Made by a program: the position numbers and the translations under genes. DNA of 64,000 bases from Phyllobates terribilis (lineage: Eukaryota), in NCBI RefSeq assembly GCF_046119375.1, contig NW_027362762.1:741086001-741150000 (forward strand), read 5' to 3'. Shown in pieces: positions 11,430-26,530 of the stretch (within the stretch, counting starts at the first letter, position 1; the number at the start of each line of letters is the position of its first letter). The notes beneath the pieces are model-generated. The model was not told where the DNA came from, searched no databases, and saw only the letters and a program-made list of their open reading frames with translations.

Positions 11430-12503
11430 TTAGTCAGTCAGGGATCTGCGCAGTGTTCAAAGTAAAGGTGCACTAAGCTCCAATAGCTGTTTCATTAATT
11501 GAATTTTCACTGGGAAGGTTCAATGATTGGACAGGAGGTGAACTTTAGATTATCTTTTGATATAGAGCAAAAGGAAAAAAAAAAAGGGCGCGGGGGGGCA
11601 CTCCTAGCATTAGTACATGATTGCGAATGCAAATTGGAATGATTAAGAAGACTTGCCCTTCTCTGTTGTGCTTGTGTATATGCAAGCCTACTGTCTGGAC
11701 CCCTACAGAGAGTTGCAAGGGTCTACGGAGATTGTACCAGTGGTATATTATCTTAGGTTAGCATTTAGGCCATCCTAGGGGAGAAGACATCCAGCGCAAT
11801 TGATCCAGAAGAATTGAATAGAAAACATCCAAAGTGTCAAAATGAAGAATGTGTTGGTCATACAGTGGCTTTGAAGTTATAAGGTTTCTTTCTCACGTAC
11901 ATGGAGACCTATTATCCAGTGTTAACGTTGGGTGTTTATATACACTCAAAAAAAAACACCGAAGGCATCCTTTTTCAATCTCAGGACCACCCAGAGGGAG
12001 GTCTCATGGTGTAGTAACGGTTTACAAAAAAGGTGATGTGTGTGAAATCTCTATAATCTTGCATTCAGTGGCCAACATAACTTTAATAGCGATTGATCAT
12101 TCAAAGGGGTCGTTCCATGAACAAAGTACATTTTCATCAATAGAGCTTGGAATAATAAGTTCCATGAACTCGATGGAGCAGCTCTGTACGGTCAGACACA
12201 GCCATTACTCAGTACATAGCAGGTGCACCGTAATAAGATTCTCAGCACACAAACATTTTTTTTTTTTTTTTTTTTTTTAAAGGAGCACTCCCATTTATAG
12301 TGGGGGTTTTTGTGTGTGCATGTAATGTAGTGTGAGTGTATTTAATATACAGCTTGTGAAATAAGTATTGAACACATCACCAATTTTCCTAAGTGAATGA
12401 ATTTATAAAGGTGTTATTAATATGAAATTGTTCTCAGATATCGGTAACCACCCATCCATTTCACACAAGCAAAGAAATCAAACCATAGATGTGCATAAAT
12501 GAA

Positions 12504-12979
12504 AGGGGACCTGTCACATGAAAATCCGCTATTACCCTGCATATATGAGGTCAGTCTGTATGTTAAATGGCGTTCTGAATCTGCCAGTCGTCGGCACTTA
12601 GATCCCCGCTGCCAGAAGGAAATGAACTTTATTCCTCCCGGTAGCGTTCAGGTTTCAGTCACGGGGGTGGTGCTGGCGCTGGTTCAGTCACCACTTTGTG
12701 CATAGAGAGCTGCGCATGTAACTGCTTCCCCGGCACTGACTGACAGCTGATCCTAATGCTGAGCCGGCTGTCAGTCAGTGCCGGGAGCAAGGTTTTTGCC
12801 GCCGCTCTCCATATACAGAGCGGTGACTCACCCGGCACCACCCCCATGGCTGAAATCCGAATGCTCTCAGGAGGAATAAAGTTAATTTTCTTCCAGCAGC
12901 AGGGAGGAAACAACGCTATTAAGGAACAGACTAACCCCATATATGCAGGTTAATAGCGTTTCTCGCATGACAAGTTACT
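12504..12979. mobile_element. T2/Kolobok-type MITE
   Basis: AGGGGACCTGTCA...TGACAAGTTACT termini with a (degenerate) TTAA target. Confidence 0.65.
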
Positions 12980-13050
12980 TTAAGTTATATGCAATAATGA
13001 GAAATGACATACGGAAAAAGTATTGGACACACTTACTGAATTGTATTTAA

Positions 13051-13919
13051 AGTGCACCTGTCAGCAGGATTGTGCTTAGTGAACCACATACACTGTCAGG
13101 TGGGTGCTGTTATACTGAGTAAAATGATACCTTGGTTGATGAAATCCATCCAGTGGTTCTTTTATAATCTTTACTTTCATTTCTGCCATAATGATACGCA
13201 TGTGCTCTGGTGCTCTCATTATATATTCATGTATTCCTGTCTCTGCCTTATGACAGGTCACTGTGCTTTCAGTGACCTGCCTACTATTTTATATACGGAC
13301 TGTAATATCTGTGTCATATTGAAATTTACATTCCTCTAAGCAGCCGCCAGCTCATGCACAGTAGCATCTCTCGTTTGCCGAGAGATGCTATTTTGCACGT
13401 GCGGGTGCCATTTTGCTTTTTGGAAAAAAGAATTTGGGTGCAGCAATATGGTGCGGCGCAGGAGCATCTCTCGACAACTGAGAAATGCTACTGCGTGGGT
13501 GGTAGCGACCATATTGCTGCAGGTAAATTTCTTTTTCCTCAAGCAACATGGTGGCGCTTAACTGCTGCGCTCGCGCGGACGCCATTTTACTAGAGAAGAA
13601 ATTTGCTTGCAGCAATATGGCCACCGCCCCCGCTTGTGCGGTAGCATTTCTCTGTTGCCGAGAGATGCTCCTGCGCATGCGCGGCGCCATAATGCTGCAT
13701 CCAAACTCTTTTTTTTTTTCAAAAGCAAAATGGCACCCGCAGTAGCATCTCCTGGCAAATGGCCAAGATATGCACATATTATGGCAGAAATGAAAATAAA
13801 GATTATAAAAGAAACACTGGATGAATTTCATCAACAAAGGTATCATTTTACTCAGTGTAATGGCACCCACCTGACAGTGTATGTGGTTTACTAAGCATAA
13901 TCCTGCTGAGAGGTGCGTT
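13051..13919. mobile_element. T2/Kolobok-type MITE with about 150-bp TIRs and internal palindromic subrepeats
   Basis: TTAA at 13047-50 and 13920-23; 13051-13200 is the reverse complement of about 13770-13919. Confidence 0.8.
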
Positions 13920-14141
13920 TTAATACTTCGTACAAAAGCCTTTGTTGGTTAGGACCACTTCAAGACAACTAGTCGCATGCATTGCTCAGGTGTGATTTTT
14001 ACACTTTAAGTATTATGAATACATTCTAATTTATGTAGGGTTAGCTTATGTGTCCCCCATTTCCACAAGTAATGTATTAAATCCAAATATAATGCTTAGA
14101 TGGGCAGTAAACTTCCAGTGGGCTCATCATCAATCTATTAA

Positions 14142-14860
14142 CTCCTTAATGACCGCTGATACGCATTAAAAAGGCGACCGCTAAGGGGCCTTATTCCCTC
14201 ATTGCAGTTTTAAAACAGCGATTGGAAATAAGTGAATAGCGCTCCCCAGAGCCCGAAAATCTCTGTAGAACATGATCAGGGTCTGATTTTCCGGTCCCCA
14301 ATCACGTGATCGCTGTTATTCAATGAATAACAGCGATCAAGAAAAAAGTGTGCCCGCTGTTACAATGATTTCTCTCTCTTCTGACATGATATACATGTCA
14401 GAGGAGAGAGAAATGATTCCCCTGGTACCGCCGCCATTCCTGGGCCCTCCTACTCAGTCACCTAGCCCTCTACGTCGTAGTCTTTGAAAAAAGCTTGGCG
14501 GTGCAGTGAGCCCACCGAGATCTTCCTACCAGCACCCGGCAACAGCAGATCATTTTTTCTTTTGGTTCCTTTTGATCACTGTGATAGGATCTATCACAGT
14601 GATCAAAAGCCAATACTTAATCAAATCCCCCTTTGTCATCTACTTAGTCATATAAAAATGATAAAATAAAATTTAAAAAAATGTTTTCATTATTTGCAGT
14701 TTAGGGTTGGGGTTGCGGTTATGGTTGGGATTTTTTTTTTTCAAAAGTTAGAAAAAAAAATGATGATACGACGACTAATGTTGAGCGCAAGTGCTCGCTA
14801 CTTGAGTTTGCATCGGGTGCTCAGGTATGCACAGAGTATAGCGGGTGCTCGAGTGACCCC
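14142..14860. mobile_element. piggyBac-like non-autonomous repeat fragment carrying a short TTAGGG-like motif and a hAT-MITE half
   Basis: TTAA|ctccttaatgacc start; 14700-14860 is homologous to 49250-49385. Confidence 0.55.
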
Positions 14861-14879
14861 ACATGTAAAAAATTAAGAT

Positions 14880-15310
14880 CAACAATAAAAACATATACAG
14901 TGGAAATAATATCTACACACCTACAAAAAATCATACCAAGAAGAATAATTTCAGAACATTTTCCACCTTTAATGCCACCTATATTCTGTACAAATCCATT
15001 GAGAAACAAGCTGAAATCATTTTGAGGGGGGAAATAAAACTATCAAAACTAAAATAATATGGCTGCATAAGTGTGAACACCCTCTTAGAACTGGGGATGT
15101 AGCTGTATTCAGAATTAGCTAGTCACATTTAAACCCCTGTTAAATAGTAGTGCGTACACAGTTTCTCTCATTTAATGTAATTCAGAGTAATCCCATATAA
15201 AGTTGAGCTGTTGTAGTAGGATTTCCCTGACATTTTCATAGTCGCATTTTACAGCAAAAGCAATGGTATGTGAATAGCTTACAACACAGCAGAGGGATCT
15301 CCTTCTTTAA
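14880..15310. mobile_element. Tc1 fragment
   Basis: ggctgcataagtgtgaacaccc direct-repeat motif and 5' UTR-like Tc1 sequence, truncated by the TTAA insertion at 15307. Confidence 0.5.
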
Positions 15311-18300
15311 CCATTTCACTACCTTTTGATGTACATATACATCCTGGTTGGGAAGGGGTTCCTATGACGTATAGGTAGGTACATAATGGCGTTTGCTCGG
15401 GGCACATAAGCTGTGCTTGCACAATCTCTGCTAGGTGCTCTGCTTAAGTTAAAGCTGAGACGCGGCTCTCACAGCCAAGGGCGGTCCCTGCACCGCACCC
15501 AGCTGTTTAACCCCCTAAATACTACGATCAATAGCGATTGCAGCATTTAGGGGGCTCCCTCTCCCGTCCGATTGGCACTCCCGTGATGTAATCGTGGGCT
15601 GCTGATTGTTGCCAAAGCAACCCAAGGTCGTCATGACAACCTCCATTTATGCCAGCTGTGATGAGCCTGTTAGACCATACCAGGAGCATGGTCTGAGGTG
15701 ATTATCAATGAATACTGACCCACATAATGCAGTGCAGTGCACAAGAATTGAAATGCATTATATCAGTGATGGACTAAGTAAAAAAAAATGATAAATGTGA
15801 TCCAAAATGTTATGTAAAATGTTCCCAATAAAAGCTTCAACTCAATCCAAAAAAAACAAGTCCCCACAAAGATCCATCATCTGTCAATGGAAATAAAGGG
15901 GGCTTCCACAAGAAGCAGGAGAAAACAAATGATGCAGTTTATCCCGAGTGCGCCGATACCCCATAGGTGGTCAAAAACTACTTTTGAGGCACAGTACAAA
16001 GCTCAGAAGGTAAGGAGAACCATATTATGGTGCACATTGTTATGGTTTGCAGGTGCCAAATTACATTGGCAGAGCCCCTGAGATGTCAGAACAGCAGAAC
16101 AAACCCCCCTAACGCCCCCCAATAAGTGACCCCATTTTACAAACTACACCTCTCAATGAATTCATCTAGGGGTGCAGTGATCATATTGACACCACAGGTG
16201 TGTCACAGAATTTGTATGCCATTTTATATGGTTGGTGAAGAAACAATTACATTTTTACCACAATAAATTTGTTCTAGCCCCAGATTTTACATTTTCACAC
16301 TTGGAAATTGGTTAAAAATGGCACCAAATTTGTCCCACAATTTTTGCTGATCATAGCAATACCCCATATGTGGCTGTGCAGTACTGCTTAGCCATACAGC
16401 AGACTCGGGAGAGTCCTGCTCCTGGAGAACAGATTTTCCTAGAAAAGTTTGTGGACTCCATATGCAGAGCCCCTAAGTGCCAGAAAGGCAGAATCTCCCT
16501 CAAATGACCCCATTTTAGAAATTATACCCCTCTGGGAATTTATCTACCGGTGTAGTGATGATTTTGACTCCATGGGTGATTTACAGAAACAAACAGCAAT
16601 AGATGTTGCTGAGTGAAAATCGCAAATCTGTCATCGTAGTGACCAGTATGTTGTAGTGTCCAGTACATTGTGCCCAGGTCATGCTTCTGGAGACATGCAC
16701 CCTGTAAATTAAGCGAACTCTCATCACTACAGTACTCACAAAAATGTGGACTCTAAATGTGATTTAGGCACACAGTGGGGCTCAGAAGAGAGAGAGCATT
16801 TGGATTTGGGAGTGCAGAATTAACTGGATTTCTTTTTGTGGGATGAGGAGCCACAGAGCTTTTCCAGAGCCATTGAGTTACCAGTAAAGTGGAAGCCCCC
16901 TTTAGTTCCATTGACAGATGATGGACCAGAGTGGGGGCATTTTTTATGGATCGAGTTGAAGATTTTGATGGGATCATTTTACATTTTGGATCACATTTAT
17001 TTTGAGCTCTACACTGAGCACTTACATCAGGGTTTCCATCTAAATCTCTGATTGACGTGACTCAGATGAAACCCCCCGAGGGATCCATTCACTAGAATGA
17101 GGCAGCAGTTACTTTGGACTCCTGGCCTCTGTTCAGTGTTGTTCGTCTTTTCAGAGGTGCACGAAACTGTGGCTGACCGCACTTTTATACACGATTAAAA
17201 AGAGGGACACCACCGGATCATAGGCCAGACGGCATCCACGATGCCTCCATCTGCCTCATTACAGGGAATCTTCCGCCTTGAGTTCCGTCTGAATCACGTA
17301 TTTCAGAGATTTACAAGGAAGCCCCATTGTAAGCGCTCAGCGAAGAGCGCAGGATAAATGTGAGCCGAGCCTTTCTGCGATGTTTGAGAGGCAGAATGAA
17401 CAAGTCAACAGCAGGTGAAGAATTGGTTTTATTTATTTTTCACCCTATTCCTTGTGCGGTATAAGTGATTATACGACTTTATTTTCCGTGTCGATGCGAT
17501 TACAGTGATACCAGATTGATATATATATTTTTTATGTTTGACTGCTACCACACACTAAAAACTTTTTTTTTTGTAAAAACAAGTTTTTGCTTCACCATAT
17601 TTTGAGAGCTATAATTTTTTCTATATTTCTGCCAACAGTCATGTGAGGGCCTGTTTGTTTTTCAGAATTTTATTTTATAGGCACCATTTTTGGTCACATA
17701 ACGTTTTTTGATCGCTTTATATTCTGATTTTTGGGAGGCAGAATGAACAAAAACCAGTTATTCAGGAATTGTTTATTGTCTTTGTCTTTTATGCCATTCA
17801 CCGTGTGGTAAGTTAGAAGGAAGCTTTATTCTTTGTATCAGTACGATTATAGCGATATCATATTTATATCTTTTTTTGTTTTGCTGCGGTAACACAATAA
17901 AATCAATTTACCTTAATAAAAAAAAGAATTTGTTTTTGCATCTCTATTCTGAGCGCTAGAAGTTTTTTTTTCTCTGCTGACGTAGCTGTATGGCGGCTTG
18001 TTTTTTGCAGGACAAGATTATGTTTTCAGCTATAGCAAATTTATTTGCATTTGGCTTTTTGATGGCATTTTATTCCACTGTTGGTTCTGCGGTATCATGA
18101 CAAAGCATTGGTTTTTGCCAATTTTTTTTTTTTTTTTTTTTACGATTTTTACTCCAGGGGTTAACTAGTGGGACAGTTTGATATATTTGGTCGTTCTGGA
18201 CGCGACTATATCAAATATGTGTACTTTGTTTATTTTTGTTTTTACACTATGTATTTATTGGTATATTTTTTCTGTTCTTTATTTCGTGACTTTTTTTTTT

Positions 18301-18775
18301 TAAATATATTTTTACAATTTTTTTTTTTGTTTTATTTTTACTTTTTTACCTTGTCCCAGGATGGGACATTAACTTTCTGTGCCCTGATCGCTGATCTAAT
18401 ACTCTGCAATGCTTTTGCATTGCAGGTTATTAGATTAGTTTCTGGCACATGGGGAGGAGGCAGGTCAGCTCTTGCTCTGAGTAGGAGCTTACAGGCCACC
18501 ATACCTGGGTGATCCCATGGCCAAATCAGCCATCTCAACATGGAGACCATCGGCACAGTGCAATTGCAATTGCGTTGTGCCAATTGGAGCAGAGAGGGAG
18601 CTCCCTCTCTGAGCCGAGCGATATCGCTGTCGCTATTGACAGCGGCATCGGAGGGGTTAAACGCTTATGACTGGCGCTAGCGCCGATCATGGGCGTTTCT
18701 GCAGGGTGTCAGCTATGATATAGCTCTCCTTTATTTTTCAAGTACCGTACATTGGGAAGAAGGGTGTTTGTTGAA
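15311..18775. mobile_element. Large piggyBac-like non-autonomous element with internal ~375-bp subrepeats
   Basis: TTAA start; contains gaccccatttt..aaacta/ttatacccc units (16128, 16505) shared with 44742-46335 and 52450-54300; GC-rich subterminal segments. Family assignment is inferred from the TTAA/CCC-type termini; no transposase seen. Confidence 0.6.
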
Positions 18776-19892
18776 CATGTGCTCTAAGTGTCCAATGTGG
18801 GGATTAGTGAAACCCAGGCAGTGCTTAGGTCCAACATTATTTATATAAAAATATGTATCAGCTTTATTCTAAGTATATTTATACTTTTATTTATATGTTT
18901 CAATATTTCATTATCATTCCTGCTGTCTTTATCCCGCAAGTATATAGATATCTTAAGCCTACTCTAGGATTTGTGTTGGTTCTGTTATGTACCAGTATCC
19001 CCATTCTGCCAATCCAAGGAGCCTGTTTACAAAGCCGATGTTCATTTCGGGTTGCTGAACAACCAGGGACACAGACTCCTTACATTATCAGAGGCTCAGC
19101 ACTTTCCCCTCACCCCTATTGCTCTGACACAGTTGCATGGTGCCGATTGTGTCCACGGACTGCAGGGTGGACCACCTCTCACAGTGGACCGCACGCATTT
19201 CCCCTCTCCCCACTAGTGACTTCAGGGTTACCAAGGTTTTCTCCTGTGATGATAATATTAGGTCTCTCGCCAGAAGTGGAGGTAAAGCAGAAATCTGGTT
19301 TGGTGTGATATTGTATAATACTGAGTGTCTCTTCAAAGTTCACTTTTGTGGTTGTATTATTCCCTAAGAAGCAATACGGTCTACCACTACTTAGACTTTG
19401 GTTGGGAGATGCAGCTGTCTTCATCATGGTAGATACACTTCAAAAAGTTACTAAACATTTGATAATTGTTTTAGGCCCTTTAATTGGCTTGTGATCAATG
19501 AGGGTCTGTGTGCTGATCGATAGAAAGCCTATTGAATCTATACTCTTTGCCCTCCTGCCTTCCGAGATGCGCATTTGTCAGCAGTCTTTTGAGCAATTGT
19601 TGTGGACCTAAGGACCCTGACCATCGCTGATCAGCAGTAAATTTAAGGGCCTAAAAATGGACAAAATTTTAGTTGCTCCTTAATGGAGCTGAGCTTAAAA
19701 AGAGCAATAACAGATTAAATTAAAGATCAGGTAAGGCATACACTTATGATAAATGTTTAAAGCTGATGTGTATTAATTTCTTTTGTCATTTTAATAGGAA
19801 AACATGAAACTATTTATTTTGTCACTTTTTTGTGTTTTTTCAGACAGGAATCGGGCTCAACAGTCAGTCGGATAAAACTGCGTGAAGACACC

Positions 19893-19899
19893 ATGACAA
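19893..19899 (+). CDS. blzf1: blzf1 exon 2 coding part (ATG ACA A, phase 1); exon starts at 19844
   Basis: tttttcag acceptor ending 19843, accATGa Kozak, GTAAGT donor at 19900; A+CC joins in frame with exon 3. Confidence 0.85.
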
Positions 19900-21038
19900 G
19901 TAAGTATTATGATGTTAGTTTTTACGTCTTTCTCTAGCTTGTGTGTGTATTGCCTGTTTAGTGCACATGGCCACACTAAGGCAGGTTTCACACATCCATG
20001 TTTCATGGTCCTTACTATGACCAAGATGCGTGGACGGGTCGCGGGTCTCCTGTCCCAAGCTCGGCAATCTTTTATACGCCTATCAGGCTGCCTAGTTCAG
20101 CCAGTCTGTGTGCTTCATAGTCTGTACATGGATGTGTGTAACCAACTTAATTAAAAAGTGGAAATCAATTGCATCATACTGCAAATGGTAGTCTGTAGGT
20201 AAATAGCATGTAAATCATGATAGGCTGGTTTAGTGGAAGCACGCCTACATGGAGAAATGAAGTTTTATCCTCCCTGCAGCTGCTTGCTTCCCGTCATTGG
20301 GCCGGTGCAGGGAGCTGTAACAGTCACGGCTCACTACACTGTGAGCGTGCTTTACTCGCTCCTCCTGCACCTTGACTGAAAGCCTGCTCTGTACAGACAC
20401 CCTGTAAAGCTGTCTGTCAATCAATGTGCAGGGAAGTGATAATGGCGTGGTAATTCTGTACTGAGGGGTGACTGCAATAGCCCCCTGCATTGCTGCCAAT
20501 GACTGGACGCGAGTGACTACAGGGAGAAAATAACTTAATTTTCTCCCTGTAACCGCACATCCAGTACACCAGCCTAACATGGTTTAAACAGTATTTACCT
20601 GCAGATTACCTTTATAACAGTAGGTAAATAGCATTTTTGTAACAGATAGGTTTTCTTTAAAGTGTTGTAAAAAGTGAGCAAGTTATCACCTAGGTACAGG
20701 ATATGTAATAACTTGCTGATCACTTGAGGTCCCACTGTTGGTGCCCTCATTGATGGAGAACTGGGGATGTGCGAGGCCCCATCTGAATATAGCGGCAGAT
20801 CAGTATGTGCAAAATTGATCAGTTCATTGACTGTAGGACTGTTGGATATACATGAAAGGCCATATTCAGCAGGCCATGTTAGATTTTGTGTCTGTAATAA
20901 ATTATATAGTGTTATATCACATGGTCCATTCAACTGTATGTGCGAAGCTCCAATATGGAGGTCACTATCACAAGGAAATTACTGAGTGGAAATAATTTTA
21001 CAGTTGTTCTTACATTGAATTCTTGTATTCTCTTTTAG

Positions 21039-21463
21039 CCATGACGGCTTCTCCGCCGATCCGCGGGACCGGGGATGGGATGGAAACACAGGCTTTAAAA
21101 TCTGTAGAAGTCAAAACCTCTCACACACAAACTGCTCACAGCCCAAAAAGAAAAAGTTCCCCAGCACCGTCCATAAGTCCTGGTGTACTTCAGCTAGGTA
21201 AAATACAGACCGAGAAAGCAATCGAGATAGAAGCAGTTCGTCTTGTCATCCCAAAGTCAGCAATAACCCACACCGTTCTGACCAAGCAGGCTAAATCACA
21301 CGAGGTCAATGCACATAGTAAAGCAGAAGTGGTGGACTGTGTCGCTGAACCATGGAAACAACTCTCAGAAATGAAAAGCACTTTGGAAAAATTGAAGAAT
21401 TCGGAGAGGAGATTACTACAAGATAAGGAAGGGCTCTGTAACCAGCTGAAAGTGCAGACTGAG
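21039..21463 (+). CDS. blzf1: blzf1 exon 3 (golgin-45 N-terminus)
   Basis: SPPIRGTGDGME...SPGVLQLGK...EKLKNSERRLLQDKEGLCNQLKVQTE matches golgin-45, including the RGxGDG tankyrase-binding motif; AG at 21037-38, GTAAGA at 21464. Confidence 0.97.
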
Positions 21464-21788
21464 GTAAGAAGGTGTTTGTATAGGAGGCCATGACGCTACT
21501 TGACTGGAGAACCTTTTTATGGCAGCTCGTAACGCCGACTTCCCTGCCAACAGCGTCTCTGTAAATAGTCAGAAATCTCATCAGTCATACTGAATTAATC
21601 TGCTTAGTATAAAACTGAAGAGAGAATGGGAAAGAGGGGAGATGATGCTGCTTAATGGACTACAGTGTGAGGAAGAGATCACAGAAGGGTAGACTAGCTC
21701 AGATCACAATTCTAACTCTTTAATAGGCGTGGCAAGAAAAATAGCTTTAATTTTTGTAAAGGGTATAAACAGTGGCAGACAGATGTAA

Positions 21789-22740
21789 ATTATTATTATA
21801 GCGCCATTTATTCCATGGCGCTTTACATGTGAAAGAGGGGTATACATAGCAGAAACACCTACAATAATCTTAAACAAAGCGAGTCAGCGACTGGTACAGG
21901 AGGAGAGAGGACCCTGCCCTCGAGAGCTTACAATTTACAAGGGATGGGCAAGGATACAGTAGGTGAGGATGGAGCTGGTCGTTCAGCGGTATGGTGGAGC
22001 AGTGGTTACTGCAGGTTGTAGGCTTTTCGGAAGAGGTGGGTCTTCAGGTTCCTTTTTAAGGTGTCCACAGTAGGCGAGAGTCTGATATTTTGGGGTAGAG
22101 CGTTCCAAAGTAGGGGGGTGCACGGGAGTTTAGGCAAAAGCCTTGTCTGATGATGTCAATCTTCTGCTTGAAAAATTAGGCAAACTATTCGGCTGAGAGG
22201 AGAGGGAGGAGGTGCTGGGGGATGGAGGAGGAAAGTATTGAATAGCTATTTGGGGTTGTTAGACAGAGAGGATATGAGATATGAGAAGTAGGTTTGTTTT
22301 GCTGCTGTTAGTGTGGACTTGAAAATAGTGAGGGATTGTTTGAATGCGATGAAGTGCATTTTGGAGTGGGATCTTTTCCATCTCCGCTCAGCAACCCTGG
22401 AGGCCCCTCGCAGGTCTTTAGTCAGGTTGGTGTGCCAGGGTTGCCTATTGTGTGCGAACTTCGGTATGTGTCAGAGGGGCGACTGAATGGAGAGCTGCAG
22501 CTGTTGTGTTATATAAAGCAGCGGCAACATCTGCATCATGTAAGGAATTTATGCCTGTAAGAATGAGAAGGGATTCAGAGAGTGAGTGTAGGTCAAGGTG
22601 TTTGAGATTTCTGCGAGGGTGTGCTAGTATGGCTATAGCATGGGAAAGGCAACAACTTCTATACAAAGAGTACAGTTGCATTTTTTTTCCGTAAACTTTA
22701 TGTCTTGCATGTGTCTGCATCATACAGGTCAACAATATGG
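21789..22740 (-). mobile_element. 5'-truncated L2-clade LINE
   Basis: Minus-strand 3' tail cacatgtaaagcgccatggaataaatggcgctataataataat, typical of amphibian L2; a second 3' end copy lies at 26381-26530. Confidence 0.7.
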
Positions 22741-22787
22741 TGGGAACTTTTTTCCTAGTACCTTGTACACTGCAGATCTACCAGCTA

Positions 22788-24383
<1,596 letters not shown>

Positions 24384-24790
24384 TATATGCATCTGACTGC
24401 GCTTGAACTTGAGTTTAATTGTATTTGTACATTGAGGATGAATACGTTTTATTATGTAAGGTGCTGCATGTAACCAAAGCTTCTCTCCGCACAATGCTTG
24501 TTGTCATGTCTGATAAGTGACATTGTTTCCCATGTGTCCTGGCGTCTGAAGTTCAGTATATGAGTTTATGATGTGTGACAGCGTGATAGGAAGGTCACAC
24601 TGAGAAGAGCACATATTATCTTCTCTCATGAGGCCATGAATCATTGACTCTTTCTTCAGATTTTTTTTTCTTTACACTATATCATTTACTGTCCTTTTTT
24701 CTACGCTTATGGCATGAGTTCAATTGCGATATGTCTTCAGTTAAATTGGTTTTCCAATTCCAATTTCCTACACAACCCTTTTCTTTTTAA

Positions 24791-25864
24791 AGAGGACTTT
24801 TCTGCAAATTTTCGATGTTGAACTGGACACAAGTTGGAATAGTGGCTGCAGAGCAAAATAAAATATTTTTTTTATTTCACGTTTCCGTTGCTAATGTATT
24901 AGCAATCAAAGTATTTGGCACCATATGAGTTAAGTCCAAGTGGGTGTTACCAGACAATTCTCACTCCGGGTGTGTACTTCTCCCTCTATTAATAAGCAGG
25001 CTGGGATACAGCAGAAAAATAACACTCCCACCGCCATAGGTTAGGTTACTCGGTGTGTGGAATGTAATGACTCATCTCTGATCTCCTGGTCTGACCTCCT
25101 GCATGATTAGAAAGTGCATCTGAGTTTAGCTATATCACATTGCAAAACCTTTCTGCCAGCTCTCCTCTCATAGTATGGTTAGCTCTGCTGTTCTGCCCCT
25201 TCCCCTCACTGCTTGTAAGTAAATGAGTAAACACTTATGTCTATTGTGCTCACTGCATCTTGTAATTGGTCTGCAGTGAGAGCATAGGCTGCCATTACAT
25301 CTCTCACAGGAGTAGCTTATTGAGCTCTTATTGCAGAGCATGACAAGTTGCCATTAGGACAACAGATATAAGTGTGACTCCAGAGAGGCAGTGTGGGGAA
25401 AGGGCAATACAGCAGAGCTAACAGTGCTATGAGAGGAGGAGAGCTATAGAAGGGTTTGTAATTTCACACAGCTAAACTCAGCTGTTCTGCCCCTCCCCAC
25501 ACAGGGACCTTACCTGAAACATCTAATCTCTCAGTATTTTCTAATCATGCAAAAGGTTAGATCAGGAGATCAGAGCTGTATTGTTACATTTCACACTGAG
25601 AAACACAAGCTATTGTGGGGCTGTGTTTCTGCTATGTTGCTGCCTGCTGATGATTGAGCAACTCATACTTGGAGAAGAAGTACATGCCCCCAGTGAAAGC
25701 TCTGATAACGCCCAGTTAGACTTAGCAACTAATGAGTTAAAAAAGTTAATATCTCCACAATAAACAGGAGAAGTTTAAAAAAAAAAAAAAAAAAGTTTCA
25801 TTTCGCACTGCAGCCACAAATACATTGTCCAGTTCAACATGAAAAATTTGGTGAAAGGTTCTCT
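24791..25864. mobile_element. T2/Kolobok-type MITE with nested internal inverted repeats
   Basis: TTAA at 24787-90 and 25865-68; about 70-bp TIRs (gttgaactggaca / tgtccagttcaac); inner IR 25100-25250 vs 25370-25490. Confidence 0.75.
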
Positions 25865-26112
25865 TTAAATGCTAGAGTCCCCCAGATACAATAAATATAT
25901 TCTCACCTCCCAGATAGGCGCCTTTCCATCAATGTTGGCATGTAACATTGTTATGGGCTGCAGTCTTTACAATTCCATCTGGTGGAAGTGTGAAGACTGC
26001 AGCCAATCAGTGGTCGCTGATTGACTGACTGCAGTGGTCATATAACATAACAATAATCGGCAGCCACTCATTGGATTGTAGTTTATTATAGTAATTTCCC
26101 TTATTTTGAAAG

Positions 26113-26312
26113 GTTAACAGAGAGTTGAAGAAGTTACTGGTGGCCTCTGTTGGTGATGACTTACAGTATCATTTTGAGCGCATTGCTCGAGAAAAGAACC
26201 AACTGATTTTAGAGAATGAAGCACTGGCTCGGAATACAGCCCAGCTCTCAGAGCAGCTAGAGCGCATGTCAATTCAGTGTGACGTATGGAGAAGCAAGTT
26301 TCTTGCCAGCCG
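26113..26312 (+). CDS. blzf1: blzf1 exon 4 (bZIP-like coiled coil)
   Basis: VNRELKKLLVASVGDDLQYHFERIAREKNQLILENEAL...WRSKFLASR; AG at 26111-12, GTAAGT at 26313; 200 nt, phase 0 to 2. Confidence 0.97.
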
Positions 26313-26380
26313 GTAAGTCAGATCACACAGATTGTGTATTTTATGTCATAACTTCACCTTCTGTATCCTCACTTATCACA

Positions 26381-26530
26381 CTTGTAGATTGTGAGCCGTC
26401 GCGGGCAGGGTCCTCGCTCCTCCTGTACCAGTCGTTGTCACGTTTTGTTAAAGATCTTTGTAATAGTTCATGTATGTATACCCCTTTTTCACATGTAAAG
26501 CGCCGTGGAATAAATGGCTCTATAATAATA
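26381..26530 (+). mobile_element. L2 3' end fragment
   Basis: cttgtagattgtgagcc...cacatgtaaagcgccgtggaataaatggctctataataata. Confidence 0.7.

Larger units (their letters stand above)
12350..13985 (+). mobile_element. Tc1 left-end remnant interrupted by two TTAA-targeting MITEs
   Basis: TA|cagcttgtgaaataagtattgaacac TIR; the sequence rejoins seamlessly across both insertions (cataaa[ttaa]gttat, gtatt[taa]tacttcg). Confidence 0.7.

Noticed and set aside
11849-12280. 143-aa ORF ending in poly-T
   Set aside because: TTG/ATG-ambiguous start, no recognisable domain, no splice support.
19673-19730. Possible extra blzf1 5' UTR exon (AG...CAG|GTAAGG)
   Set aside because: The donor is good but the polypyrimidine tract is weak; it cannot be supported without RNA data.
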